Shown: positions 38,001-49,366 of the stretch, in pieces
Layout: every line of letters begins with the position of its first letter
Position numbering within the stretch: the stretch's first letter is position 1
DNA from: Mytilus edulis
Lineage: Eukaryota
Direction of reading: 5' to 3'
Length of the DNA: 64,000 nucleotides
Assembly: GCF_963676685.1 (NCBI RefSeq)
Contig: NC_092353.1
Location: 54,932,001 to 54,996,000 of the forward strand
Program-made: the position numbers and the translations under genes
The notes under the pieces: generated by a model
The model's database searches: none
The model's input: only the letters and a program-made list of their open reading frames with translations
What the model was told of the DNA's origin: nothing

Positions 38001-41000
38001 TTCATGAGGACCCCTTTCAACCTGTAGCATGGAACAACTCAAACTTATTTCTTTAACAACTGTTGGAAAAAAATATTTCTTTTGTTAATATTTTTTTTTT
38101 AAACCGATAAATGATTATGTTTTATGCTGATTGTTGATATTTTAGTCTATACTCAAATTCAACATCAATTGATTTTAACAGGTAATGTACATTTCATTGT
38201 GCATGTTGTGTTGTATATTTCTCAGCAAGATTTGAGGCCTTTTTAAAGGGGGATTTTTCCCAATATTTAAATCATATAAATAACAAATAACACATAATTT
38301 ATCAACAACAATTGAAAAGGTTTTTTCTAGATTGCAGTATAAAGACAATAATAGTGTATTGATTTGACATACTAACTATATAAGGATTCGGCATGAAAGG
38401 GGAAAATGCAAAAACTTGTCACACGGTCACCAAGGTCACAGTTTAAATATCAGGGTGATAAACATACCTATCAGAAGATCTCCATCTGAACTGTAGAAAC
38501 ACCTAAAAATTAAATGAGTTCATTCATTTACAATCAAATCTTTATCTTAGATAACATTTATTAGAATTACGTTACAGGTACTTAATAAAACATTTCTTTA
38601 AAAGAGTTATACATACATCATGTCTTATCTACATTGTTTCTTACCCAGCATATATTCACAATTTACTTGTTTTTGGTTATGGGTCGCCTTTTGTTCATAA
38701 AATGACAATTAAATATTGAAGTGGAAGACATACTTTATCAAAACAAACTTTTTACGGACTGCAGAGTAAAACAATTTCCAAGCTGTTATGGCAAAATTAG
38801 ATGTGGAGAGGACTGTGAGAACAGCTATATGGAAAGTTTCAGTTGTATCCATCAGGTACATGTCATACTGTGATTTATTAATTATTCGTTGGACACTAAT
38901 TATCATGGATTTTGTTGGTAAAGGAAACCAAGAACTTAAATCTTTAACGAGTCATAAATGTTCCATAGAAATATCTGCTGACTAGAGCAAAATCACAAAA
39001 AATCTAATCTCTTGTCAAATTTGCAAGTTGACCCCATTTCACGATTAATAGTACCTATGAAAATAAATGAATCCTCTGTATTAAAACCTTAGTTTTTGTT
39101 AGTAACAATTAACTATAGCGGAAAAGTTAATTAAGTAGTTTTGTCTTACAATAGAATTACGGTCTTGCATTAATATTGAGATAACTATTAATAAGCATTA
39201 GACATAAGATTCTCATATCTGACACCTTAGCCCTCTGAGGATAAGAGACAATTACATCTGAATTTACATAGAAGTAATAAATAATATTCTATCCTTTCTC
39301 TTGTTCTAAAAAGAGCAATTAGCTTTGATAAAACAGGAAAAGTGTCATTATGTCAAATTTCCTGACGCAGTAACCCTTTCAAAGGATGTATTTTTGTTAT
39401 GGATTTTGGAATGAAATCTTAATTTCATCAGGTTTTTTTTCTGCATCAAATTGTTATCATATCACTGCTTTTGTATGACCATATGAATAGCTGAACTATC
39501 ATCGTCTTTTTTTTTTACGTAAATGCCAATACTTGAATATTTTTCTGATAACTGATAATACTTCTATGTAAATGGATTCACTGTAGTAAATTCGATTTTC
39601 ATCATTCAAATCAATTTATTCATGGTGAATGGAATGTAAATTAGAGGGTATGTAAATTTTTCATTTCATTTATATGTTGTGGGAGTTTAGTATGACGTTC
39701 ATGTTCTCTGAACCAGTTCACATTTTTATTTAGGAGCCAGCTGAAGCCTGACTTCCGGTATGGGATTTTCTCACTATCTTGAAGACACATTGGTTGACTT
39801 TCGCTGTTATCTGGTCAGGTTATTGTCTCTTTAACATCTTCCCCATTTCCTTTCTCAATTTTATTACTTACTTATTTTCCATTGATGTGTTACAGGTGTA
39901 GATATATATGCCCAGTCCATGTCTTCCTCTGGTGTCTCCGGCTCCACAAATTGTAGCCATACCCTGTAAACAGATCATTGATAGATGAGGGTAGTAATGG
40001 GGGTACCTTTATGACGAATAACAGTAAAAATTCTTGCCAAATGACGTTAACGGTCATTTTTGGTGCATGACGATAAAATGTGACATTAAACTAATCTACT
40101 GATTTTGACAAATCCAGTTATTTTTTTCTCCAAAAATGACCAGAATGATAGTTATTTGAGACATCTGATGAATCATAATAAGGATATTTTGACAAATCAC
40201 GGTAAAATTTTAACTAATTTGACGCTAACGGTAGCCGAAAATGACCGTTTGACACCTGACAGTAAAGGGCATTACTACTCTCATAGATGATGATGATAGG
40301 TTAAAAGAGGGTAGTAATGGGTGTATCTCTATGACACATAACAATAAATACTTGCCAAATGACGTAAACAGTAATTTTGGGTGCATGACGATAAAATGTA
40401 CAATTTCTTATAGATGATTAAAAAATGGCTGATTTTGATAATTCACATTAAATTTTTTCCAATAATAACGGTAACGATACTTGTTTGAGACCTCTTACTT
40501 TTAATAAATTTGACGCTAACAGAGCGGAAAAATGATGCCTGACAGTAATGGGCAATACTTCCCTCTTATAACTTATTCCATTATTAAAAACATAACACAC
40601 ACCAAAGAAGGGATTATACAAATTGCATCTAACGCTCTAAAATTTCAATCTATAATAAAAGCTTCTATAGCAAATCAATTGTCTAGTTCATAACATTACT
40701 TTAGTTGGTGGTACATGTACTGTTATATTTTTAAGTAAAATCATCATTTAGACAGTTTAAGATGGTACATAACAATACAGGGAGATAACTCTGTAAAAAT
40801 AATTTTATTTTAAATAATTGGTTAATAGTATTAAACTTCTCAATTATTTCATTGAGCTGATTTCAGATCTTTACTATAAATGCTTTGTTATTTGTTTAGT
40901 GTTGGATTCAATAATCCAGTTTTCTTAACTCATAAATGTAATTTTCTTGCGAATAATAAGATAACGTAAAAAAATAATTTGCAAAGGTTTAATACCAACC

Positions 41001-44000
41001 TGAACAAAATCCACTTTCTTCTGGCTTGCTTTTGTTATATCGAATGGTTTCCATCTCATCTGAAATAGTTTTATAAGTAACTGGATTAGAATGAAAATAT
41101 ACAATTGTTTCACTTCTTCAGAAAAATATTTTATGTATGAAGATTGATTGATTGTTTGTGTTTTTTTATGCTATTTTAAGGTGGTAGACCTTTGTTCAGA
41201 GAGACAACTCTTTAAATCAGTTATGTGTTTGTTAAAGTCAAGTTTCATCAATGTTTTTTTAAGCATTTACCTGAAACAGATTGGAAATAATCTATGTAAC
41301 CTAGAAGCTTAGAATATATTTATGAAAATGGTTGACACAAACGTACTGATGATTTTAAGAGTTATCTCCCTGAACAAAGGTCTACCACCTCAAAATCAAC
41401 TTTTAGGCTATTTTGTGGCAGCCAGTTTTTATTGGTAGAGGAAGTGGGAGTGCCATGGGAAAACCACCAACCTTCAATAGGAAAACTGACAATCCTAGTC
41501 AATTAAGATTGGAGTCTAATATATGAAAACATGAGAATTCCATTATTGCATTAAAATAATTGATAATCATTATGAGCCAAACTTTTACTTAACACTTGAA
41601 CCAGAAAAAAGTGAATATTTTATCAACACAAGCATGGGGAAAACAATAGGAGATATTAATCATAGTAATTACAGGAAACAAACAACCTCGAAATATGCTG
41701 TCAAAATATAAATGTGATTCTTTATTTTTTGCAAAACCTATCCAGAGCAATTTTTAAATCATGAAAATGTTGCAAAATTTTGAAAATTTACAGTGTTTTA
41801 AAGACATCATATGAGAATCTTCTTAATCATTAGCATGTTAAACCAGTAAAACAAATACTTGACAATCTAATTAAAATTAAATCCTTGTTCTGATATGTGG
41901 CGCATCACTGGGCGCATCCATTTTCCAATATTTCCATTCGAGTTCGCTCAGATTCTATAGATTACAACCGGAAAAGTCGAAAGAACTAAAAATGCCAAAG
42001 ATATTGGGAGACAATTTCTGATTGGTTGGCTCGAAAGGTCACCAGATTTGACCTGTCTATCGAGTTTCGTTAGATCCTTGATGCGCGACATATCAGAACA
42101 GGAGCAATTAAAGGATTTAATTTTAATTAGATTGGCTACTTGAAAGTATCAAACCAAACTTTACTTGACTGTTGGCCATTGCTTTTACAGTCTTTTTGAA
42201 TGTCTATTGAAGCTACAATATGCTTAAACCATTAACTCACACGATGAGCTCAATGTTTACGCTTGGTTGCTGTGAAAGCATACAAAAGTGAGCAAGCGCA
42301 GAGTTTTAATTTCAATTACATTGGTAGAATCTAAGAAGATTTTTTAACTTACCTGGTTTGGGTTTGGTTTAACTTTGTCCCAATCATTAGTAAACAGACC
42401 ATTATCAATTGGTTTGAATGGATTATGTTTCACAGAAGGTCTGATACGGTAAAGCCAGCTCCTTTCATTACTTTCCCTTGGTGCAGTGAAGGCAGTACCA
42501 GATAGCTGTTCAGCATACAGTCCATATTTACATTTCTGTGGGTTATTCTGAAAAATATACAATTAAAATAAGATATATATATTAATTAAGTCTCTGATGA
42601 AATTTGACTGCAAGTTAACTATAGTTAAAATTTGGCAAAGCTGATACTGATTCCATTTTCGGCATCTCTCAATGAAAATTCAAATTTGGCAAATCTAATG
42701 CTGATTTCACTGTCTGCATCTCACAATTTTCAATAGGTTGGTACTTATTAAAATGTTTAAACGCATTTGTTTGCACCTGTCCTTAGTCAGGTTTTTGATG
42801 TTCAGTAGATGTTTATGGATGTGCTTCATAACTGTTTCTGTTTTTTATATAGATTAAACCGTTGGTTTTCCATTTTGAATGGTTTGACACATACCAGTAG
42901 TAATTTTTTTGGGGCCTTTATAGCTTGGTATGAGCCGAGACTCCATGTTGAAGACTATACTTTCACCTATAATGGTTTTTCTTTTACAAAGTGTGACTAG
43001 GATTAAAGAGTTGTCTCATTGGCACTCATACCGCATGCCCAGGTGAAAAAATTTCCAAGGTGATACATTCCTCTGACCTATTGAAATACATTGTACATGT
43101 AGCTCCATCAAAAATTCAAACTTATAGTCACTGACCAGTAGTCCAGCATACAACAACCAATACAATACCTGTCCTTGTGGTAGAGCACCTAGACATCTGG
43201 GATCTTCACTGGTAAATTCATTACCAAATCCTGACATATACTGTAACTTATCCTACAACACAAAGATCAACAATCAGCCGAAGTAAGAATTATAATGAAG
43301 TGAATTCAATATTTTAAAGAGATAAGGTTCATACCAAGTCAGGAATATGACAGTTGTTATCCATTAGTTTGATGTGTTTGAGCTTTTGATTTTTCTATTT
43401 GATCAGGGACTTTTTCCAAGGACTTCAGTATTTTTGTGATTTTACTTTTTTCAAATACAAACATAATTACTGCTATATTATAAATCATAACAATGATTCC
43501 TATATTGTGGATTAATATATTTTCTGGGCATAGGACACCTTTTTTCTTTTATTGAGAAAAAGTTTCATTTTTGTGGACAATTAATTATGGCAAAGTCTAA
43601 ATACATTCCATTAGAACATTTGTAAGACATTGAACATTTAAATTTGTGGTTCCCCAGTACCCACTAAAACCTTAGTTTAAACATATTTAATTATAGTGGA
43701 TTGGGAAACAAGTTTTGCAACTTATATTGATTCCTTTCCACTTTGCGGGTGCGAGTGCTGCCTTGTAGCGGCATTAGCCTGCTCTTTTTCGAAATCTACA
43801 AGGGTGTCTTTAACGTGCAACGTGTAATGGCTCTCTCTTAACACAGGTCAGCCATTTATGGTCCCCTTCTGACAGACTATCATCGTTTCCTCAAGACCAT
43901 ACTCACAAATGGTGTCAAGGGAGCGCCGAAAATCCTTGCATTGGTATCCAATGAATAATAATAAAGCCACAATAACTAATTGTAACAATGATCCCTATAA

Positions 44001-47000
44001 TAAATCCATTTGAAAACATGCTGTTTTACTAATTTTCTTAACATGCTTGTAATTCCAAAAAACAATCCTGTGTTACAGTTTAGCTTTCAAAGATCTGCCT
44101 GCCATCCAATTACATGTAATTAATGTAGACTTACAAAAACACATGACACAGAGTTCTTATGAGGGTACCTTCATGAAGAATAACAGTTAAAAATCTGGAC
44201 AAATGAAGTTAACAGTAACTTTAAGTGGATGATTAAACATATAGTTTTTTTATAGAATGATAAAAAATGTCCACTGATTTTGACTTATCATTGTTAAATT
44301 TTTCCAAAAATAACAGTAATGGACAATTATTTGAGAGCTCTGATGAATCACACTTAGGTTTTTTTGACAAGTAGTGATATGGTTAAAACAATGTGACACT
44401 AACTATAGCTGAAAAATGACGTTTTGATGTCCGACGGAAAAGACTGTAACATGTATAAAGAGGGTAGCAATTACCTTTATCATCAGCCTTGTAACAGTCA
44501 TTTTCTGCGACTGTTAGCATCAAATTGGTTAAAAGTTACCATGATTTGTCAAAATATCCTAATCGTGATTCATTAGAGGTTTCAAATAAATATTGTTACC
44601 AATATTTACGGAAAATATTTAACCTGATTTGTCAAAATCAGTAAAAAAAAATTATAATCTAAGAGATGTGTACATTTTTTTGAAACAAACTTAAAATTAC
44701 CGTTAATGCATTTGACAAGAAATTCTATCTTTGTTCGGCAATACCACCCTCTGTAAATTTAAGGCTTAATTTCTACTGAGGGGGGAGGACAGAGTTGTCC
44801 TGATCCGGAAATCCTGGGCTTAAAAACATGATCCTGAGGTCCCAAATGAAAAAAAATAAAAAAATCCTGACATCCCAAAATTCAGAAGAAAAAAAATCCC
44901 AGATCTCGAAAGGACCAATCTCGAAATCCTGAGCTTAAATAGTTATCACAGGTACCAGGATTATAAACACCCGATCCCGACGTCCAGAAAAAAGTCCTGC
45001 CCCTCTCTACTGTAATGACATGAGGGTGCTATAAACAGTTTTGTATAAAAGACCAGAAGCTTGGAAGATGTTATTCCCCAACTAAAATAGAGGGGGGATA
45101 GGAGGGGTCCTGATCCCGAAATCCAGGGCTTAAAAACACGAAATCCTGAGGTCCCGAAGTTTAATTAAAGTAAATACGGACATCTCGAAATCCGAAAAAA
45201 AGAATTCCTGGATCCCGAAAGGGTCAATCCCAAAATCCAGAGCTTAAAAACACCTGATTGCGGTGTCCCGATAAAAGTCCTATCCCCCCTTAAAATAATC
45301 ATGGAAGGAAACCCTTGTTTATTTACTCAATTGATGAAAAAGTATCATGTTTTTTGTATAATTGATTGTAAAAATAAGTTAATTAGCTTTAAATTAAAAC
45401 AGGTTGAATGATAGAAATAATTCAAAAAATTATATTAAATATACATGTTTTGAGGGGAGACAACACTGTAAACATCCTGTTTTTTTAGCAGTGAAAATTG
45501 AAAACTTATTTGCTTATACACAAAATTTGAATGTTCTGTCTTATTAGACAACAAAGAGACAGAATGGTTTGCAGTGGACTCCGGGGTAAGACAAGGATGC
45601 ATCATCTCTCCTATCCTATTCCTAGTTGCAATCGATTGGGTAATGAGAAAAACCACAAATGACGAGAAAAGAGGAATAACATGGTCTATGTTTACAACAC
45701 TGGAAGACCTAGATTTTGCAGATGATATTGCCTTATTATCATCTCGGCATGATCATATGCAAGAAAAGACCAACAGACTCAGCCATTTCGCAAGCCAAAC
45801 CGGACTCCAACTCAACACACAGAAAACAGAGGAAATGAGATTAAACACCTCATCTCAAAGAAAACTAGAGGTTGATGGAAATGAAATTCAAAAAGTTGAT
45901 AAATTTATTTATTTGGGCACAGTCATCAGCACTAAAGATTCTACACAAAAGGACATCAAAAACAGATTGGCAAAAGCAAGAACATCATTTCAAAAACTAA
46001 GGAACATCTGGAGATCAAAGCAATACAGCCGAAAAACAAAAATCAAATTATACAATAGCAACGTAAAACCTGTTCTTTTGTATGGAAGTGAATGTTGGAG
46101 AGTTACGAAAGCAGATATGAGGGCACTTTCTTCATTTCACCACAGCTGCCTCCGACAAATCTGCAGAATATTTTGGCCTAATACCATCTCGAACACCAAC
46201 CTACTAAAAATGACAGAGTCGTCATGTATAATCGACGAGATAACACAGAAGCGCTTCCGGTGGCTTGGACATGTTTTGAGAAAGGAAAACTCAAGCATAA
46301 CAAAAACAGCCCTTAGATGGACACCACAGGGAAAGAGACCAAGAGGACGTCCCAAAACAACATGGCGGAGGACAATAGAGAATGAATTAAAAGACCTAAA
46401 GATGACATGGGGAGAGGCAGAAACAATGGCAAAGAACAGAACAGAGTGGCGAGGACTTGTGTTGACCTTATGCTCAGATCGGAGCAAAGAGGATAAGTAA
46501 GTAAGTAAGTAAGTATTTGCAGCCGACTGTAGCTCTTTCGGAGCAGAAGACCATATCCTGAAACAAGATTTTTTTTAAAGGCTGAGGTAAAAACCTACAA
46601 ATTTCATACAGTTTTGATTATGTAAAATGTGCATGGATCATGTCTTCATGGGTGTGCACATGACCTGGTTTCAAGTTTTTTTATGTTCAAATTAGACCTT
46701 TTTTCCCCCATGTTCATTGAAAGGATTTTTTTTAATATATTAAAAGTACACATTTTTTTTATTTCATTATAAACTAGAGAATCTCATAAACATGTTTAAC
46801 CCCACTGCAATTTTGCACCAGTCCCAAGTCAGGAGCCTCTGGCCTTTGTTAGTCTTGTATAATTTTTAATTTTAGTTTCTTGTGTATAATTCGGAGTTTA
46901 TAATGACGTCCATTATCACTGTACTAGTATACATATTTTTTAAGGGGCCAGCTGAAGGACACCTACGGGTGAAGGAGTTTCTCACTACATTGAAGACACA

Positions 47001-48124
47001 TTGGTGGCCTTCAGCTGTTGTCTGCTCTATGGTTGGGTTGTTGTCGCTTTGACACATTTCCCATTTCCTTTCTCAATTTTAACATTCTGATTCCAGTGAT
47101 ATCTAGTTTTATACAAGTATCTTTATTAATCAGTCCACAACTAAGGGTCAATTATGCATGGTCCCTCAGAGTGGGTCTCATTGAGGTCTAAGCATGACGC
47201 AGGATTGCATATTTTTTGTAAGCGTGACAAGTGAAAGTCGAATTATTGTGTTGTGAAAATGTGAAATGATGTCTAGTGGGCCACGAATTGAAAAAAAAAA
47301 TGAGAATACATACATGAAACATCTAAGACTAGCTTCTTTAGATAGTAATTTAATAATGGCTGTCTCAAAACAATATACAAATAATGCTGTAGCAACGTAA
47401 CGTATAATAATAAGAGTTGCGGATGTGTATGATGTGAGTTCCCGGGTTAATCTGGATACTACAATACATAGTATAAGCAGGATATGGGAATCTGACAAAA
47501 CAGTACCGTAAGAAGGATCCGGGATCAGAACCCCCAATGAGACCCCCCCTCAGACTGTGAGGTCATAGAAAAAACTATAGATTGATTGCACCCTGAAGAT
47601 GTTTTTTTGTTTTAACCTAGTTTTGGTTGCCGTCTCTATAATAAATTTCATATTTTTCAAATCATCCATAAAAAAGCATAAGTAAATTTCTAGTTTTAGT
47701 AGTACTAAGCACATGTTCAGAAGATGAATGCAAAACTGATGACCAATCAAAATGTTGTGTGTGACACACCCACATTTAGCAGCTAGAACTGTTGGTTGGG
47801 AATCACTATTTCTAAACTTTAATCTATATCACAAAGATTGTTTTGCTTTGATAAAACAAATTCTGGTTTCCTAAGATAAAGATTCATTTAAAAATTCGTG
47901 TTTAAAACCTTTTTTTACAAGTTATTGACAAATATGTCAAGGTCACCACGTATGAAGGTGTTTATGTCGTTTATTACAAATAACAGCAATGACAGCTTAT
48001 AAGTGTCATTTTTACTAATTCAAAACACTTGCAATACACATGATACACCGTGTCGACAAATAATTCGAGTAAAATTTCGTGTAATTTTACAAATTACAGT
48101 CTTGTTTACCTTTTGCAGGCTCAT
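28992..48124 (-). CDS. HGD: Homogentisate 1,2-dioxygenase, complete 15-exon gene (1356 nt, 451 aa)
   Basis: Exons (minus): 48124-48110, 43240-43169, 42547-42353, 41059-41000, 39963-39872, 38502-38468, 37804-37725, 37397-37298, 36803-36685, 36162-36058, 33630-33504, 33016-32964, 31621-31493, 30629-30494, 29029-28992. All GT-AG, phases consistent; Fe ligands intact (YYHRNCMSE, TPHGPD). Confidence 0.97.
29523..29783 (-). mobile_element. tRNA-derived SINE with V-domain-like body
   Basis: Minus strand GGCCTCAGAGACTGAGTGGTCTAAG head, B box GTTCAAATCC, GGTGGTTCTC...CTTCCTCCACCAATAAAAACTGAC body, (ATCA)n tail. Confidence 0.75.
30494..30629 (-). CDS. HGD: HGD exon 14
   Basis: [16 protein letters not shown]...[12 protein letters not shown]...NS. 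Confidence 0.93.
31493..31621 (-). CDS. HGD: HGD exon 13
   Basis: [26 protein letters not shown]...VADGTM. Confidence 0.96.
32134..32406. mobile_element. Kolobok-like MITE
   Basis: TTAA|GGTGGTACC ... GGTACCACC|TTAA. Confidence 0.8.
32560..32944. repeat. High-copy interspersed repeat (second module)
   Basis: CCAAGTCAGGAGCCTCTGGCCTTTG...GGGAATTTCTCGCTGCATTGAAGACC...CCATTCTCAATTTTAT; related copies near 15768-15890, 17330-17498, 31778-31930, 39685-39864, 46775-47081, 59340-59510. Confidence 0.75.
32964..33016 (-). CDS. HGD: HGD exon 12
   Basis: (R)[17 protein letters not shown]. Confidence 0.95.
33504..33630 (-). CDS. HGD: HGD exon 11
   Basis: [10 protein letters not shown]...[10 protein letters not shown]...FRPPYYH. 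Confidence 0.96.
34012..34633. mobile_element. TA-flanked (Tc1/mariner-like) MITE
   Basis: TA|CTGTAAAAGCACAAATTTTCGTGGGG ... CCCCACGAAAATTAATGTTTATACAG|TA; shorter TACTGTAAATTCAGA-type relatives at 27901-28074, 34692-34950, 62837-62914. Confidence 0.7.
35110..36018 (-). mobile_element. 5'-truncated non-LTR retrotransposon (RTEX-like), 3' part of ORF2
   Basis: [11 protein letters not shown]...YGELGRYPL...[16 protein letters not shown]...CPLC...DEYHYVMEC (CCHC knuckle); in-frame stop present; (AATGT)n-like tail. Confidence 0.85.
36058..36162 (-). CDS. HGD: HGD exon 10
   Basis: [21 protein letters not shown]...SFDHV. Confidence 0.96.
36685..36803 (-). CDS. HGD: HGD exon 9
   Basis: (G)[13 protein letters not shown]...[11 protein letters not shown]. 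Confidence 0.96.
37298..37397 (-). CDS. HGD: HGD exon 8
   Basis: QGIRFSV...[21 protein letters not shown]. Confidence 0.96.
37725..37804 (-). CDS. HGD: HGD exon 7
   Basis: (V)[26 protein letters not shown]. Confidence 0.96.
38468..38502 (-). CDS. HGD: HGD exon 6
   Basis: [11 protein letters not shown], 35 nt. Confidence 0.94.
39872..39963 (-). CDS. HGD: HGD exon 5
   Basis: [10 protein letters not shown]...[10 protein letters not shown]. Confidence 0.95.
41000..41059 (-). CDS. HGD: HGD exon 4
   Basis: [20 protein letters not shown]. Confidence 0.95.
41180..41389. mobile_element. Kolobok-like MITE inserted in a SINE fragment
   Basis: TTAA|GGTGGTAGACCTTTGTTCAG ... CTGAACAAAGGTCTACCACC|TCAA; V-SINE-like sequence on both sides. 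Confidence 0.75.
41865..42133. mobile_element. Unclassified MITE-like element with long inverted arms
   Basis: AATCTAATTAAAATTAAATCCTT+TGTTCTGATATGTGGCGCATCA mirrored by TGATGCGCGACATATCAGAACA...AAGGATTTAATTTTAATTAGATT. Confidence 0.65.
42353..42547 (-). CDS. HGD: HGD exon 3
   Basis: [24 protein letters not shown]...WLYRIRPSV...PNPNQ. Confidence 0.97.
43169..43240 (-). CDS. HGD: HGD exon 2
   Basis: [24 protein letters not shown]; alternative in-frame acceptor would start the exon at 43252. Confidence 0.93.
43675..43935 (-). mobile_element. SINE fragment (Meta-domain-like)
   Basis: Minus strand contains TTGCACGTTAAAGACACCCTTG...AAAGAGCAGGCTAATGCCGC; no tRNA head seen. Confidence 0.45.
45514..46513 (+). 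mobile_element. 5'-truncated RTE-clade LINE, 1.0 kb, uninterrupted RT C-terminal ORF (45514-46500)
   Basis: [50 protein letters not shown]; (TAAG)n tail; TSD TATTTGC (45507-45513, 46514-46520). Confidence 0.95.
48110..48124 (-). CDS. HGD: HGD exon 1 (MSLQK)
   Basis: CAAC-ATG AGC CTG CAA AAG|GTAAAC; 15-nt coding exon, same size as the recalled human exon 1 (MAELK). Confidence 0.75.
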
Positions 48125-49008
48125 GTTGAAAGATCTTGATCTTTTAAATGCTTCCTTTGCAAAATTACCTTTCGTCAAACGTTTTATTGAATTAATTCGA
48201 TATCATTTCGAATATACTCTAGACTTACCGTTTTTTATAATGTTAAAGTCAGAGAAATTTAAATTATCTTCATGACCTTCACCTTTAAGTTTCTTGGGCT
48301 GAAACAATTTTAGTTACTGAAGAAAAATGCTACTTTTACTAAAGAAGCATCCACTGGTGATCAAATAACAGCTGTCTTGACAACAGTTTTATTATTGTCT
48401 TCAACTGAATCAGGTAAATTTTTATGATTGCATGCTCAATATTGGAAAAATAACGTGCATTGTCTGGGTCTATGCACTACATGTAAAATATATGATGTAT
48501 AGACAACAATGATAAGAGATCTATGCATTCCAATTTTCTGAACTAATAGCTTTGGAAGTCGTTGCTACAAACCATCATGACAGTAATATGATATACAGAA
48601 GACAAGATGTATAAGCACAAAAGTAAAGGAATCAATCACCAATAATGGCAATATGGAATATACATATATTCAATCTTGTACACCTTATTGCTTTTCCTGG
48701 CTGACCCAAGAATCTATCTTGTTTGAATTATTGACGTCATACAACAATCATTTTTGCATTTTGGATTCAAATATTTTGAATAATGATGTCAAATTTTTAT
48801 GGGAACTTGTGTGATGTCCAGTAATGGTGTACTAATAGCAATAAGGTGAATCGCTATTTCAGAATCTGCAACATTTAAACTATTTGCATCAAACAACAAT
48901 GCCTTTTGCAACGCTGTGTCAATGACTTCAAAATTTTTGGCGGAATGTTTTTTTTTTGGCCAATATTATTGTACAAATTTTGTTTGTTGCTCGCTGAGTG
49001 TCCAGGAG

Positions 49009-49366
49009 GTTCTTCTTCTTCTTTAGTTACGGAATACCATCAACTTTTTGAGGATTACTTTCCGGCGCATGCCTGTATGAGGTCGCTTTAAGTTAATTTC
49101 ATTTTTTTTTTATTACTTTTATTTATTTATGAAATTTACAATTTTATTAGTTTCAATTTTTACATTTTTTATATATATTTTTTTTTATAACTATAAGATA
49201 AAAACAATAAGCACATTTAGTTCAGATGAGAGTATGTTTTAAGGAGCACCTCATGAGTGAGTGCATCCTTAAAGTTGTCTGTAGTGGTTTGGTTTGAGAT
49301 ATCGGGTGGTAATTTGTTCCAATTTTTGATTGTTTGGCTGAAAAAAGAAAATTTAAAGGTGTCTTT
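49009..49366 (-). mobile_element. 3' end of CR1-like LINE
   Basis: Minus strand KDTFKFSFFSQTIKNWNKLPPDI...FKDAL, followed by a 3' UTR and (AAG)n tail. Confidence 0.65.
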
